The notes beneath the pieces are model-generated. The model saw nothing but the letters and a program-made list of their open reading frames with translations. It searched no databases and was not told where the DNA came from. This document shows, piece after piece, positions 9,586 to 19,387 of a stretch of 64,000 nt of DNA. A program made the translations under genes and the position numbers. The DNA is from Polyangiaceae bacterium (GTDB taxonomy: Bacteria; Myxococcota_A; Polyangia; Polyangiales; Polyangiaceae): the NCBI GenBank assembly GCA_044222475.1, contig JBGANF010000015.1, forward strand, positions 1-64,000, in the 5' to 3' direction. Positions within the stretch are counted from its first letter, which is position 1, and each line of letters begins with the position of its first letter.

Positions 9586-10737
9586 TTGAGGCAAGAGATC
9601 CAGGCAACGCTCTCGGTGCTCGCGGCGCTGTCGAAGACGATCGAAGAACGGGCGATCGCTCGGCCGGCGACGCGAATGCTCCGCCGCGGGCTCTGGTCGC
9701 GTCCGCTCGATTTCGAGCGCGATCGGGTGGTCCTCCTCTTCTACGAGGACTTCGACCGCGATCGACTCGTGCGCGGCGATCGCCACCTCGTGCGCGTCGC
9801 TCGGTCGCTTCGCGACGCGGCCCGTCGCCGGCAGAAGACGACGGGCTTTCGCGTCGCGTACGAAGCTCTCGCCCGCGCGCTGCGCGCCGACGGATGGGTC
9901 GTCGTCGAGAACGACTACGCGCTCGCTCGCGCGAACCCGAACTATCCCATCGGCGTCGCGGGGTACACGCACATCCTCGACCGGTGGTCGCTCCCGAACC
10001 CGGTGGTGCTCGGCCCGGGGCTCTTCGATCATCCGAAGCTGCGCCCCGATCTCATGAAGGACCCACGGTTCGTCCGCTACATCGTCCCGTGCCAGTGGAT
10101 GATGGATCTGTTCGCGAAGACCTATGGGGACCGGTGCGGGGTGTGGTTCGCGGGCCTGGACATGTCGGAGTGGCCGGATCTCTCGAGCGGTCCCAAGGAT
10201 CTCGACTTCATCGTCTACGACAAGATTCGCTGGGACATCGAGCCAATGCGCGCTCGATTGCGCGCACCGATCGAGGCCGAGCTCGATCGCCGCGGCCTCT
10301 CGTGGGAGCGCCTCGTGTACAAGCACTACGACCACGCGCAGTACCGCGCGCTGCTCCGCCGCGCGCGCGGCCTTATCTTCCTGTGCGAGCACGAGACGCA
10401 GGGGCTCGCGTACCAGGAGGCGCTGACGGCGAACGTTCCCGTCCTCGCGTGGGACTCGGGGGTCTGGCACGACCCGCTGCGCTTCGACTTCGGTGACGAC
10501 GTCGTTCCGGCGAGCTCGGTGCCGTACTTCCGAGACGGAGTGACGGGGGAGCGCTTCCGCGATGCCTCCGACTTCGGGGCGGCGCTCGATCGGTTCGTCG
10601 CACCCGCCAGACGCACGTCGTTCACGCCGCGGCGGTACGTCGAAGAGAACCTCGCGCTGTCGGTTTCGGCGCGCGCCTACCTCGACTTGTACCGCGAAGC
10701 GCTGCGCGAAGGGATTTCCCGCTCGCGTCCCGGCTGA
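9586..10737 (+). CDS. glycosyltransferase (GT-B fold, GT4-like)
   Basis: IFLCEHETQGLAYQEALTANVPVLAW resembles the ExxGxxxxEA motif of GT-B retaining enzymes; DGVTGE near the C-terminus. Confidence 0.75.
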   Translation: MRQEIQATLSVLAALSKTIEERAIARPATRMLRRGLWSRPLDFERDRVVLLFYEDFDRDRLVRGDRHLVRVARSLRDAARRRQKTTGFRVAYEALARALRADGWVVVENDYALARANPNYPIGVAGYTHILDRWSLPNPVVLGPGLFDHPKLRPDLMKDPRFVRYIVPCQWMMDLFAKTYGDRCGVWFAGLDMSEWPDLSSGPKDLDFIVYDKIRWDIEPMRARLRAPIEAELDRRGLSWERLVYKHYDHAQYRALLRRARGLIFLCEHETQGLAYQEALTANVPVLAWDSGVWHDPLRFDFGDDVVPASSVPYFRDGVTGERFRDASDFGAALDRFVAPARRTSFTPRRYVEENLALSVSARAYLDLYREALREGISRSRPG

Positions 10738-10771
10738 GCTACGCTCGCGTGTTCGGGTGAGGGGCGGGATC

Positions 10772-11413
10772 ATGGTCAAGACGGTTCGGGTACCGGCGGC
10801 GTTCGAGGCGCTCTTCGCGCAAGCGGAGGGGTACGTCGAAAGTCATTTCTCCGATCTCCGGCGGGCGCCGGAGCAAGGGACGATTCACGTCGGCGACGAG
10901 CGCTACGTCCTGATCCGCGCGAAGAGCCTCACGGTCGGGTTCTTCAACGCGATGCGCGACACGATGGGAGCCGAAGAGGCGCTCAAGTTCTGGTACCGCA
11001 TGGCGCGCCTCCTCGGTGAGGAGGATGCGCGGGCCTTCTGCAAGGCGCGCGGGCTGGACGGCGGCCCCGAGCGTCTGTCGACTGGGCCGGTTCACTTCGC
11101 GTACACGGGGTGGGCGCGGGTCGAGATCGACGACCGGTCGAACCCCACCAGCGACGAGGCGTACTACCTCGAGTACACGCACCCCAACACGTTCGAGTCT
11201 GCGTCGTGGATCACGTCGAAGCAGAAGTCGGAGAAGCCGGTGTGCGTTTTCTCGGCCGGGTACTCCGCGGGGTGGTGCAGTCACGCGTTCCATCTCGAGC
11301 TTCATGCGCGCGAGATCTCGTGCATCGCCGCCGGCGGGACCGAGTGTCGCTTCGTGATGGGGGCCTGGAACAAGCTCGACGGGTACGAAGCCGCGATTCA
11401 CGCGAGAGGCTGA
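10772..11413 (+). CDS. stand-alone XylR_N / V4R domain protein
   Basis: GTIHVGDERYVLIR, GPVHFAYTGW, PVCVFSAGYSAGW and AREISCIAAGGTECRF (V4R Cys/Glu ligands). Confidence 0.85.
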   Translation: MVKTVRVPAAFEALFAQAEGYVESHFSDLRRAPEQGTIHVGDERYVLIRAKSLTVGFFNAMRDTMGAEEALKFWYRMARLLGEEDARAFCKARGLDGGPERLSTGPVHFAYTGWARVEIDDRSNPTSDEAYYLEYTHPNTFESASWITSKQKSEKPVCVFSAGYSAGWCSHAFHLELHAREISCIAAGGTECRFVMGAWNKLDGYEAAIHARG

Positions 11414-11476
11414 CCCACCCGCGCGCGAGCCGACCCGCTTGCGAGACCCCCCTCGTCGAGCGTCGCGACACGCGAA

Positions 11477-11558
11477 TCCGCTTCCGCTTCCGCTTCCGCT
11501 TCGGCTTCCGCTTCGGCTTCCGCTTCCGCTTCCGCTTCCGCTTTCGCTTCCGCTTCCG
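11477..11558 (+). repeat. intergenic (TCCGCT)n microsatellite, about 13 units
   Basis: tccgcttccgcttccgcttccgcttcggcttccg... ending about 60 nt upstream of the transposase ATG. Confidence 0.9.
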
Positions 11559-11616
11559 TGTGCTTGCTCTTGACGTGTTCCGGCCGCTCGCGACGATCGC
11601 CCACGCCAAGCCGCGG

Positions 11617-12231
11617 ATGGGGCGTCCTCGGAAGCCGCGCTCGGTGTCCCACCGAGCACGCGAAAGGTTCGACGGCGCTCACGCCGCCCTGCACGTCACG
11701 GTGCGCATGGCGCGGACCGTCCCGAACCTGCGGAGCCAGCGCGGCTTCCGCGCCGTGGCCCATGCGCTCTCGGCCGAGGCGCGCCGTGGCGAGCTCCGGG
11801 TCGTGCACTACTCGGTGCAAGGAAACCATCTGCACCTCGTGGTCGAGGCCGACGATCGCGTCGTGCTCGCGCGTCGCATGCAGGGGTTCTCGATTCGGCT
11901 CGCCAAGCGCATCAACCGCGACGTGATGAGGCGCAAACGCGGTCGCGTGCTCGATCATCGCTACCACGCGAGCGTCCTCAGGACCCCGTCAGCCGTGCGC
12001 AACGCGATCGCGTACGTGTTGTTCAACCACGCGCACCACGTGAAGACGACCGAGCGCGGCCTTCTCGACCCCTACTCGTCGGCGAGCGTCGAACGCCACT
12101 ATGCGCACCCGGTCCGCGTCCCACGGTGGACACCGGGAACGGGCCCGCCGCCCGTCAGCGAACCGAGCACCTGGTTGCTGCGGGCCGGTTATCGTCGAGC
12201 CGGACCGATCGCGAACACGTTCGTGAGCTGA
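11617..12231 (+). mobile_element. REP-associated tyrosine transposase (RAYT) / IS200-like Y1 HUH transposase
   Basis: LHVTVR, YSVQGNHLHLVVEA (HUH motif), RYHASVL and NAIAYVLFN (catalytic Tyr), PYSS. Confidence 0.85.
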
Positions 12232-12356
12232 CCGCGGACACCCGGCTTCCGCCGCCGACGCAGCGCCTCACGCTTCGTTGCGTCAGCGCCGCTACGCGGT
12301 CCTCGTCGGCACGACCGCAGGCACGACGACCTTCGAGGCGGCAGTGAAGAGGGGTG

Positions 12357-13013
12357 CTACAGGATCACCCACCCGCGCCGCGCTGCCTGCACCACCGCTT
12401 CGGTCCGACTCGTGACGCCCAGCTTCTGCAGGATCGCGTTCACGTGAAACTTCACCGTGTGATCGCTGATCTTCATCTTCTGCGCGATCTCCTTGTTCGA
12501 CAGACCGAGCGACAGCTCGCCGAGCACCTCGCGCTCTCGCACCGTCAGCTCCTCCGCCGGCCCGAGCGGCTCCCGCGTCGGCGCGATGCGCGACAGGGGA
12601 TCCGCATCGAACACCGAAAGCCCCACGTGCACCGCGCGCACCGCCGCCAGCAACGCGCCGCCGCTCGTCGCTCGCAAGAGAACGCCCTTCGCCCCGGCAC
12701 CGTGCACCGTCGCCGCGTGCGTCGAGTCCGGCAACAGCGCGATGATCGGCAGGTCCTGACCCTCGAGCTCCGGTACCAACGTGGTAACCCCCATGCGGTC
12801 CGCGCCGAAGTCCCACACCGCGACGTCGGCCTTGGAGTCCGCCGCTTCCTGTGGCGTCTTCGCCTGCGCGACCGAGAGGCCCTGGCTCTGAAGGAGGGTC
12901 GCGAGGCCGGACCGCGCGAGCGGGTCCTCTCCGACGATGACGACTTCCGGGTCGATGGGCTGGGCGTACTCCAAGGTATCGAACAAGGTGCAGCTCCCAG
13001 CGCGCGTTCGCAA
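12357..13013 (-). CDS. LuxR/NarL family response regulator
   Basis: C-terminal ELTVREREVLGELSLGLSNKEIAQKMKISDHTVKFHVNAILQKLGVTSRTEAV HTH; REC-like N-terminus. Exact start uncertain. Confidence 0.9.
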   Translation of the reverse strand: MRTRAGSCTLFDTLEYAQPIDPEVVIVGEDPLARSGLATLLQSQGLSVAQAKTPQEAADSKADVAVWDFGADRMGVTTLVPELEGQDLPIIALLPDSTHAATVHGAGAKGVLLRATSGGALLAAVRAVHVGLSVFDADPLSRIAPTREPLGPAEELTVREREVLGELSLGLSNKEIAQKMKISDHTVKFHVNAILQKLGVTSRTEAVVQAARRGWVIL

Positions 13014-13131
13014 GGGCTAGTCCATTTGGCTAGGTGCGGCCACTCTCGCGAGGGAGCACGATCCGTCGGTACAGGCGATGTGCGCCGCGAGCGGGCCCCT
13101 TAGGTTCTCGTCTCAGGAGTCACCACCCACC

Positions 13132-14013
13132 ATGAGCAGCAGCACCAACGTCCTCGCACCCAACCACGTCGCCGACCTCGTCGAGCGTCTGTCCCCCCAC
13201 GTCGTCCGCGTCGACGGCGGCCATCGCTGGGGAGGCACCGGAACCGTCTGGGCCGACGATCTCGTCGTCACCGCCAACCACGTCGTCGAGCGCGACGAAA
13301 ACATCGAGCTCGGCCTCGCCGACGGCACCACGATCGGCGCCACCGTCGTCGGTCGCGACCCGTCGACCGGCATCGCCCTCCTTCGAGCCGAGAAGAAGGG
13401 CCTCGCCCCCGCGGCGTTCCGCAGCCTCGACGGCCTCCGCGTCGGTCACTTCGTCGTCTCCGTCGCGCGTCCCGGCAAGACGATGCGCGCGTCGTTCGGC
13501 ATCGTGAGCACGCTCGGCGCGGAGTACCGCACTGGTCACGGCGGCACCGTCGATCGCTACATCGAGGCCGACGCCGAGGTGCAGCCCGGTTGGTCCGGCG
13601 GTCTGCTCGTCGATCTCGACGGCAACGCGATCGGCATCACCCACCGCGGGCTCGTCCGCGGCAGCGCGGTCACCGTCCCGAAGGTCACGCTCGATCGCGT
13701 CATCGCGGAGCTCGCGGCCCACGGCAAGGTGCGGCGCGGCGTGCTGGGAGTCGGCGTCCACCCGGTACGCCTCCCCGACGCGGTCGCGAAGGACGCTGGC
13801 GCGGCCATCGGTCTGCTCGTCAACGCGGTCGCCCCCGATTCACCGGCCGAGAAGGGCGGGCTGCACCTGGGCGACGTCCTCGTGTCCCTCGATGGTACCG
13901 AGGTGAATCACCCGTTCGGTCTCGCCGCCGTGCTGCGGGGCAAGGTCGACGTCGAGGTGACGCTGAAGATCGTCCGCGCCGGCAAAGTCAGCGAAGTGAA
14001 GATCAAGGTCTGA
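13132..14013 (+). CDS. S1C (HtrA/DegP-like) serine protease with PDZ domain
   Basis: VTANHVV (His), PGWSGG (Ser); PDZ GVLGVGV...DSPAEKGGLHLGDVLVSLDG. Confidence 0.9.
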   Translation: MSSSTNVLAPNHVADLVERLSPHVVRVDGGHRWGGTGTVWADDLVVTANHVVERDENIELGLADGTTIGATVVGRDPSTGIALLRAEKKGLAPAAFRSLDGLRVGHFVVSVARPGKTMRASFGIVSTLGAEYRTGHGGTVDRYIEADAEVQPGWSGGLLVDLDGNAIGITHRGLVRGSAVTVPKVTLDRVIAELAAHGKVRRGVLGVGVHPVRLPDAVAKDAGAAIGLLVNAVAPDSPAEKGGLHLGDVLVSLDGTEVNHPFGLAAVLRGKVDVEVTLKIVRAGKVSEVKIKV

Positions 14014-14367
14014 TCAGCACATCGCGGACGAGAGCAGCGGGAGCAGATACGTCAGGAACGGCACGCCCATCGCGAACGCGGCGAGGCCGGCGCCGACGAT
14101 CGTCCCGACCTTGCGCTTTCGGAGCACGAGCACCAACGCCGGAGTCGCCACGAGGACGTACGTGACGATGCCCGCGTAGGTGAACGACTGACGGTACTCG
14201 GTCGGCGCCGTGCCCTCGCACGTGACCTCGTGCGAGAACGCGAAGCCTTTCAGAGTGAAGTAGATGCACGACGCAAGGGAGAGCCCGAGCGCGACCCACG
14301 CGATGATCGTCCACGCGACGTCGCCTCCCTGACGAAGCGACATCGGCCCCCGCGACGGCGGCATCAT
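14014..14367 (-). CDS. small membrane protein (3 TM)
   Basis: Hydrophobic ORF whose ATG overlaps the asd stop (ATGA coupling). Confidence 0.6.
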   Translation of the reverse strand: MMPPSRGPMSLRQGGDVAWTIIAWVALGLSLASCIYFTLKGFAFSHEVTCEGTAPTEYRQSFTYAGIVTYVLVATPALVLVLRKRKVGTIVGAGLAAFAMGVPFLTYLLPLLSSAMC

Positions 14368-15449
14368 CTCGAGCCGATGTACCCATCGGCGACGAGCAGC
14401 TCCGCCGTCAGCACCGCTCCGCCCGCCGCGCCGCGGATCGTGTTGTGCGACAGACCGACGAACCGGTAGTCGAAGATCGAATCGGGGCGGAGTCGACCGA
14501 GCGCGATGCCCATGCCGTTCTCGATGTCGCGATCGAGCCGCGTCTGCGGACGCGAAGGATCCTCGAAGTAGGTGAGGAACTGCTTCGGTGCGCTCGGCAG
14601 CTCGAGCGTCTGCGGCTTTCCCCGGAACGCGCGCCAGCGCTCCTTGATCTCCTCTGCGGTCGGCTTGCGCTCGAACGAGACCGACACGGCGGCCAAGTGA
14701 CCATCGGCCACCGGGACGCGAAGGCACTGGGCCGAGATGACTGGCTCGCGACGGTTCACGATCGCGCCGCCCTCGAGGACGCCCCAGATCTTCGACGGCT
14801 CTTGCTCGCTCTTCTCTTCTTCGCCACCGATGAACGGGATGATGTTGTCCGTCATCTCGGGCCAGGTCGCGAACGTCTTCCCGGCGCCCGAAAGCGCCTG
14901 ATACGTGCAGACCGCAATCCTCTTGGGAGCGAACTCCATCAGCGGGTGGATCGCCGGCACGTAGCTCTGCAGCGAGCAGTTCGGCTTCACCGCGACGAAG
15001 CCGCGCTTCGTGCCGAGGCGCTTGCGCTGCGCTTCGATGACGCGCGCGTGGTCCGAGTTGATCTCGGGGATCATCATCGGCACGTCCGGCGTCGCGCGGT
15101 GCGCGCTGTTGTTCGAGACGAGCGGCGTCTCGGCCTTGGCGTACGCGTCTTCGAGGGCGCGCGTCTCGTCCTTGGTCATGTCGGTCGCGCAGAACACGAA
15201 GTCGACTTCGGCGGCGATGGTCGCCACGTCGCTCGCATCGCGCACGACGAGCGCGCTCGCGGCCGAAGGCACCGCGCTCGCGAGCGTCCACCGACCGGCG
15301 ACTGCCTCTGCGTACGTCTTCCCCGCCGACGACGGGCTCGCCGCGACGAGCGTGACGTCGAACCACGGGTGCTTCTCGAGGAGCGCGACGAACCGCTGCC
15401 CGACCATGCCCGTCGCGCCGAGGACTCCGACCTTGAGCTTCGCTTTCAC
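14364..15449 (-). CDS. asd: aspartate-semialdehyde dehydrogenase
   Basis: VGVLGATGMVGQ, KPNCS (catalytic Cys), RVPVADGH, HNTIRGAAGGAVLTAE. Confidence 0.95.
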   Translation of the reverse strand: MKAKLKVGVLGATGMVGQRFVALLEKHPWFDVTLVAASPSSAGKTYAEAVAGRWTLASAVPSAASALVVRDASDVATIAAEVDFVFCATDMTKDETRALEDAYAKAETPLVSNNSAHRATPDVPMMIPEINSDHARVIEAQRKRLGTKRGFVAVKPNCSLQSYVPAIHPLMEFAPKRIAVCTYQALSGAGKTFATWPEMTDNIIPFIGGEEEKSEQEPSKIWGVLEGGAIVNRREPVISAQCLRVPVADGHLAAVSVSFERKPTAEEIKERWRAFRGKPQTLELPSAPKQFLTYFEDPSRPQTRLDRDIENGMGIALGRLRPDSIFDYRFVGLSHNTIRGAAGGAVLTAELLVADGYIGSR

Positions 15450-15477
15450 GAGCTTCGGTGTAGCGCATTCTTCGGGA

Positions 15478-17556
15478 TCAGGGCCAGTAGACGGCGAGCC
15501 TGCCGAGCACCGTGAGCGGCCAACCCGCCGTGTAGTGGATCCCGGTGACGGCTCGGGGCTCGCGCGCGAGGCGCGAGGTGGTCGCGAAGCTCACCTCTCG
15601 CCAGGTCGCGTCGAACAGGTTCTGCCCATCGACGCCGAGCTCCACGTTCTTCCAGCGCACGCCTGCGTTCGCGTCGACGATCGTGAACCCGTCGGCGGTG
15701 AGCGACGCGTCCGCGTTCGCCGGTCGGTCGGCGATGGATCTCACCCGGACGCTCACGAACGGCGTCCAGTCGCCGAACCTCCTCCGCGCACCGATCCCCG
15801 CGCTGAACGTCCGTCGCGGGGCGAGCGGTACTTCGTCCGCCCCTTGCGGGAGGTCGCGGTAGCGCGCGCTCGTGAACGTCGCCGATGCGTCGGCGTAGAG
15901 CCACTCGGCGAGCCGATAGCGCGCGTCGAGCTCGAGCCCGAAGCGGCGCGTGCGCCCCGACGCCTCGGTCGTGCCCTCGTCGCCGACCCAGACCTGCTCC
16001 GAGTCGAGGTCCATGAGAAAGCCCGTCGCCGAGATCACGAGCCCCTTCACCGGAGTCACCCGCGCGCCGACCTCCCACCCGTTGGCCGGGGTGATCAACC
16101 GCGCCGGAGCCTGCGCGCGCACGACGCCGCGCGCGTCGTTCGAGTGGAAGCCGCGCCCCCAGCTCGCGAAGAGCGACACGTGATCGTTCGGAGTGACCAC
16201 CGCGAGGAACTTCGGCAGGATCGCGAAGGCCCCGTCGGTGCCGCTCTGGGTACCGGCGATCCGGTCGTCGACCGAGACGTCGACGCGCTGCACCCGCGTT
16301 GCCGCGAGGACGCGCAGCCACGGGAGGAGCTTCACGTCTTCCTCGACCCACCCCGCCACCGACGTCTCGGCGACGCTCGCGTCGATGCGCGTGCGAAGGC
16401 GCGTCCGCGCGTCGTCGTCGTACAGACCGTTCTCGATCGAGTCGAAGCGAGCTTGCGCACCCAAGGTGGTCTGGAACGTCGACCTCCCCACGTGCGCGTG
16501 CCGACGAACACGCACGTCGCCACCGAAGACGACGCGACCATCGGTCTGCTCGATCTCGTCGCCGTCGACCGCGCTCCGATCGAAGAACGTGAAGTTCGAG
16601 TAGAGCCCGAAGCGGTAGCCCATCCCGTAGGCCATCGCGCTCACGTCGACGTCCTTGCCGGCGTACGTGTACGCCACGGAGCCGAGGTGCCGCTGCGTCG
16701 AGCCGCCCTCGTTCGGATCGACGTACCCGAAGTGATCGAGGCACGGGGTCCCGTACGACGAAGGAGGAGGCGCGCCGGGCTCGCCCTCGCCGCACACCGC
16801 GCGCGCCGGGATCTGCCCCGACCCGTACCAAGACGAGCCGTACGACATCCACGTCGCGGTGATCTTCGCGGGCCCGACGTCGTGGGCGGCGCGGAGAAAC
16901 AGGTTGAGTCGACCGAGCCGCTCCGGGTTCACGAACGGCCCGTCGTCCTTGGCGAGCTCGACCCCGATGGTCGCCCGCCACCCGTCGTCGAGCCGCGGCG
17001 ACGCGATCACGACACCGCGCGCGATCCCGTACTGCCCGACCTGCAAGGAGGCGAAGCTCTCTGGCACCGCCTCCACGAGTCGCAGGTTGATCGCGCCCGC
17101 GGTCGCGAAGTCGCCGTATTGCGCGTAGTAGGGACCTTTGTACGCATCGAGCGACAGCACGAGCTCCGGGATCAGGAAGTGGAAATCGGCGTAGCCCTGC
17201 CCGTGACCGTGGCTCGGCATGTTCACCGGCACGCCGTCGACGAAGAACGCGACGTCGGTGCCGTGGTCCGCGTCGAACCCGCGCAGGAAATACTGGTTCG
17301 CCTTGCCGCCGCCGGCGTGCTGAACCGCGAAGAGGCCCGGCGTCGCCTCGAGGACGTCGGCCGGGCGGCGGCGAGGCCGCAGCGCGAGGTCGGCGCCGCC
17401 GACGTCGAACCTCGACGACGACTCCGACCCGGGCTTGTCGGCGCGGACCGTCACCGTCTCTTCGTCCTCCTGCTTCTTCGACGTGTCGTGCGCCCACGCC
17501 GAGCCGGCCACGCCCTGGAGCGCGGTGACCACGGCAAAGACCCGGACGAATCGCAT
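15478..17556 (-). CDS. TonB-dependent outer-membrane receptor
   Basis: Signal peptide, TonB box ETVTVRA, plug QHAGGGKANQYFLRGFDADHGTD, beta-barrel, C-terminal aromatic residues. Confidence 0.9.
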   Translation of the reverse strand: MRFVRVFAVVTALQGVAGSAWAHDTSKKQEDEETVTVRADKPGSESSSRFDVGGADLALRPRRRPADVLEATPGLFAVQHAGGGKANQYFLRGFDADHGTDVAFFVDGVPVNMPSHGHGQGYADFHFLIPELVLSLDAYKGPYYAQYGDFATAGAINLRLVEAVPESFASLQVGQYGIARGVVIASPRLDDGWRATIGVELAKDDGPFVNPERLGRLNLFLRAAHDVGPAKITATWMSYGSSWYGSGQIPARAVCGEGEPGAPPPSSYGTPCLDHFGYVDPNEGGSTQRHLGSVAYTYAGKDVDVSAMAYGMGYRFGLYSNFTFFDRSAVDGDEIEQTDGRVVFGGDVRVRRHAHVGRSTFQTTLGAQARFDSIENGLYDDDARTRLRTRIDASVAETSVAGWVEEDVKLLPWLRVLAATRVQRVDVSVDDRIAGTQSGTDGAFAILPKFLAVVTPNDHVSLFASWGRGFHSNDARGVVRAQAPARLITPANGWEVGARVTPVKGLVISATGFLMDLDSEQVWVGDEGTTEASGRTRRFGLELDARYRLAEWLYADASATFTSARYRDLPQGADEVPLAPRRTFSAGIGARRRFGDWTPFVSVRVRSIADRPANADASLTADGFTIVDANAGVRWKNVELGVDGQNLFDATWREVSFATTSRLAREPRAVTGIHYTAGWPLTVLGRLAVYWP

Positions 17557-17665
17557 GCGCCGAGGTACCACGGTTCGTGGCACGATTCCCCTGATTCGTG
17601 GCACCCACCGGCCGTCTGCCGCGCAGGACACACGCCGGAGCGATCTTTCGCTACACTGCGGCGTC

Positions 17666-19387
17666 GTGAAGCGCTGCCCGAAGTGCGAGCTCAGGTTCGG
17701 TGACGACCGAACCTTCTGCTTCATCGACGGCACGACTCTGGAGGTCCTCGACGATCCCCGGATCGGCTCTTCGATCGCCGGCCGCTACACCCTCGAGAGC
17801 GTCATCGGCGAGGGCGGGATGGCGACCGTCTACCGCGCGAAGCACAAGGTCATCGAGCAGCCGTTCGCGGTGAAGCTCATGAACCCGCTCCTCGCGCGCG
17901 ACCCGATCGTGCGCGAGCGCTTCCGCCGCGAGGCCAAGAGCGCGAAGAAGATCTCCCACCCGAACATCATCGAGATCTTCGAAGAGGGCGACACCGGCGA
18001 CGGCACCGCCTACATGGTCATGGAGTACCTCGATGGGGAGTCGCTCGCCGACCTCATCGCCAAGGGCCCCATCCCGCCGAAGCGCACCATCGGCCTCGCG
18101 ATCCAGATGTCGCGCGGCATTGCGCGCGCGCACGACCTCGGCGTGATCCACCGCGATCTCAAGCCCGAGAACATCTTCGTCTGCCGCCGCGACGACGGCA
18201 CCGATCTCGTGAAGCTCCTCGACTTCGGCATCGCGCTGTCGAAGCAGGACTCGCGGCTCACCGGCACCGGGGAGCTCTTCGGCACGCCTCAGTACATGGC
18301 GCCCGAGCGCATCTCGACCATGGACGCCGGCCCGAGCGCCGACCTCTACGCGCTCGGCGTGATCTTCTTCGAGATGCTCACCGCGCGCCTCCCGTTCGAC
18401 GCGCCCGACGTCGCCACGTTCTTCGTTCGCCACCTGAAGGATCCGCCGCTCCCGATCCGCAAGTACTGCGAAGGCGTCCCCGAGGGGCTCGCCGACCTGA
18501 TCGACCGCCTCCTCATCAAGGATCCGAAGCAGCGGCCGGCCGACGCGCACAAGGTCGCCGCCGACCTCGCCGACGTCGCCAAGCAGATCGGGGCGCCCAT
18601 CCCGATCGAGGTGCAGGACGATCCGGCGAGCCTTCGCGGCAACACCATCCCGGCCTCCGAGGGTGGCGGCGCTCGCTGGGGACGCCGCGTCGACGTCTTC
18701 CGCGACATGCTCGCGCAGGCGTACGGCGGCAGCCCCCCGCCGAACCAGGCGTTCCTCCTCGAGCAGATCGAGAACCAGGTCAAGAAGCTCCTCGACGTGC
18801 GTGAGCGCAGCGTGGCCGAGCAGAACAAGCTCGAAGAGATCGCCAAGCGCGGTCGCGAGGGCCGCACGCGGCTCGGCTTCGCGGTCGACGCGCTCGGCGC
18901 CGACACGTCGCGCGCGCGCGAAGAGCTCCGCGTCGCCCAAGAAGAGATCGCGTTCGAGAAGAAGCAGTGCGAAGCCGCTCGCAAGCGCTTCATGGAGGCC
19001 TACAAGGAGATCACTCGCTGGGAGGGGCGCTCCGGCTTCGCCGAGCCGTACGAGGATCTCGCCAACGCCTACCGCGACGCGGCCGACGTGATCGACGGGT
19101 GGCGCGTCGCTCGCGAGAAGCTCCAGCGCGCCGAAGCGAGCATCGAAGGCCTCGAGCAAGCCGTGCGCGACCTCGAGTTCCAGATCGGCACCCTGCGCGA
19201 CTCGCTCCTGCAACACGAGCAGGACATCGAGGCCGAGCGCGAGGCGTGCGAGGCGCTCGTGAGTCAGCTCGCGGCCGAGGTCGACTCGACCGAGGAAGAG
19301 CTCCTCTCGCTCGGCGCTACGCTCTGCGAGCCGCTGCGCCGTCGCCCCGAGCTCGCGACGCTCTTCTCGCGCCTCGAAGCTGCATGA
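17666..19387 (+). CDS. Ser/Thr protein kinase with N-terminal zinc-ribbon-like motif and C-terminal coiled coil
   Basis: CPKC...CFIDG; IGEGGMATVY, HRDLKPEN, DFG, GTPQYMAPE. Confidence 0.93.
   Translation: MKRCPKCELRFGDDRTFCFIDGTTLEVLDDPRIGSSIAGRYTLESVIGEGGMATVYRAKHKVIEQPFAVKLMNPLLARDPIVRERFRREAKSAKKISHPNIIEIFEEGDTGDGTAYMVMEYLDGESLADLIAKGPIPPKRTIGLAIQMSRGIARAHDLGVIHRDLKPENIFVCRRDDGTDLVKLLDFGIALSKQDSRLTGTGELFGTPQYMAPERISTMDAGPSADLYALGVIFFEMLTARLPFDAPDVATFFVRHLKDPPLPIRKYCEGVPEGLADLIDRLLIKDPKQRPADAHKVAADLADVAKQIGAPIPIEVQDDPASLRGNTIPASEGGGARWGRRVDVFRDMLAQAYGGSPPPNQAFLLEQIENQVKKLLDVRERSVAEQNKLEEIAKRGREGRTRLGFAVDALGADTSRAREELRVAQEEIAFEKKQCEAARKRFMEAYKEITRWEGRSGFAEPYEDLANAYRDAADVIDGWRVAREKLQRAEASIEGLEQAVRDLEFQIGTLRDSLLQHEQDIEAEREACEALVSQLAAEVDSTEEELLSLGATLCEPLRRRPELATLFSRLEAA

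Noticed and set aside
11110..11616. N-terminal extension of the transposase with an (RF)n dipeptide run
   Set aside because: It overlaps the V4R gene and merely reads through the microsatellite; ATG 11617 gives a normal-sized protein.
15010..17703. Long + strand ORF (897 aa) and the many similar Arg-rich alternative-frame ORFs throughout the track
   Set aside because: These are typical high-GC shadow ORFs opposite or out of frame with well-supported genes.
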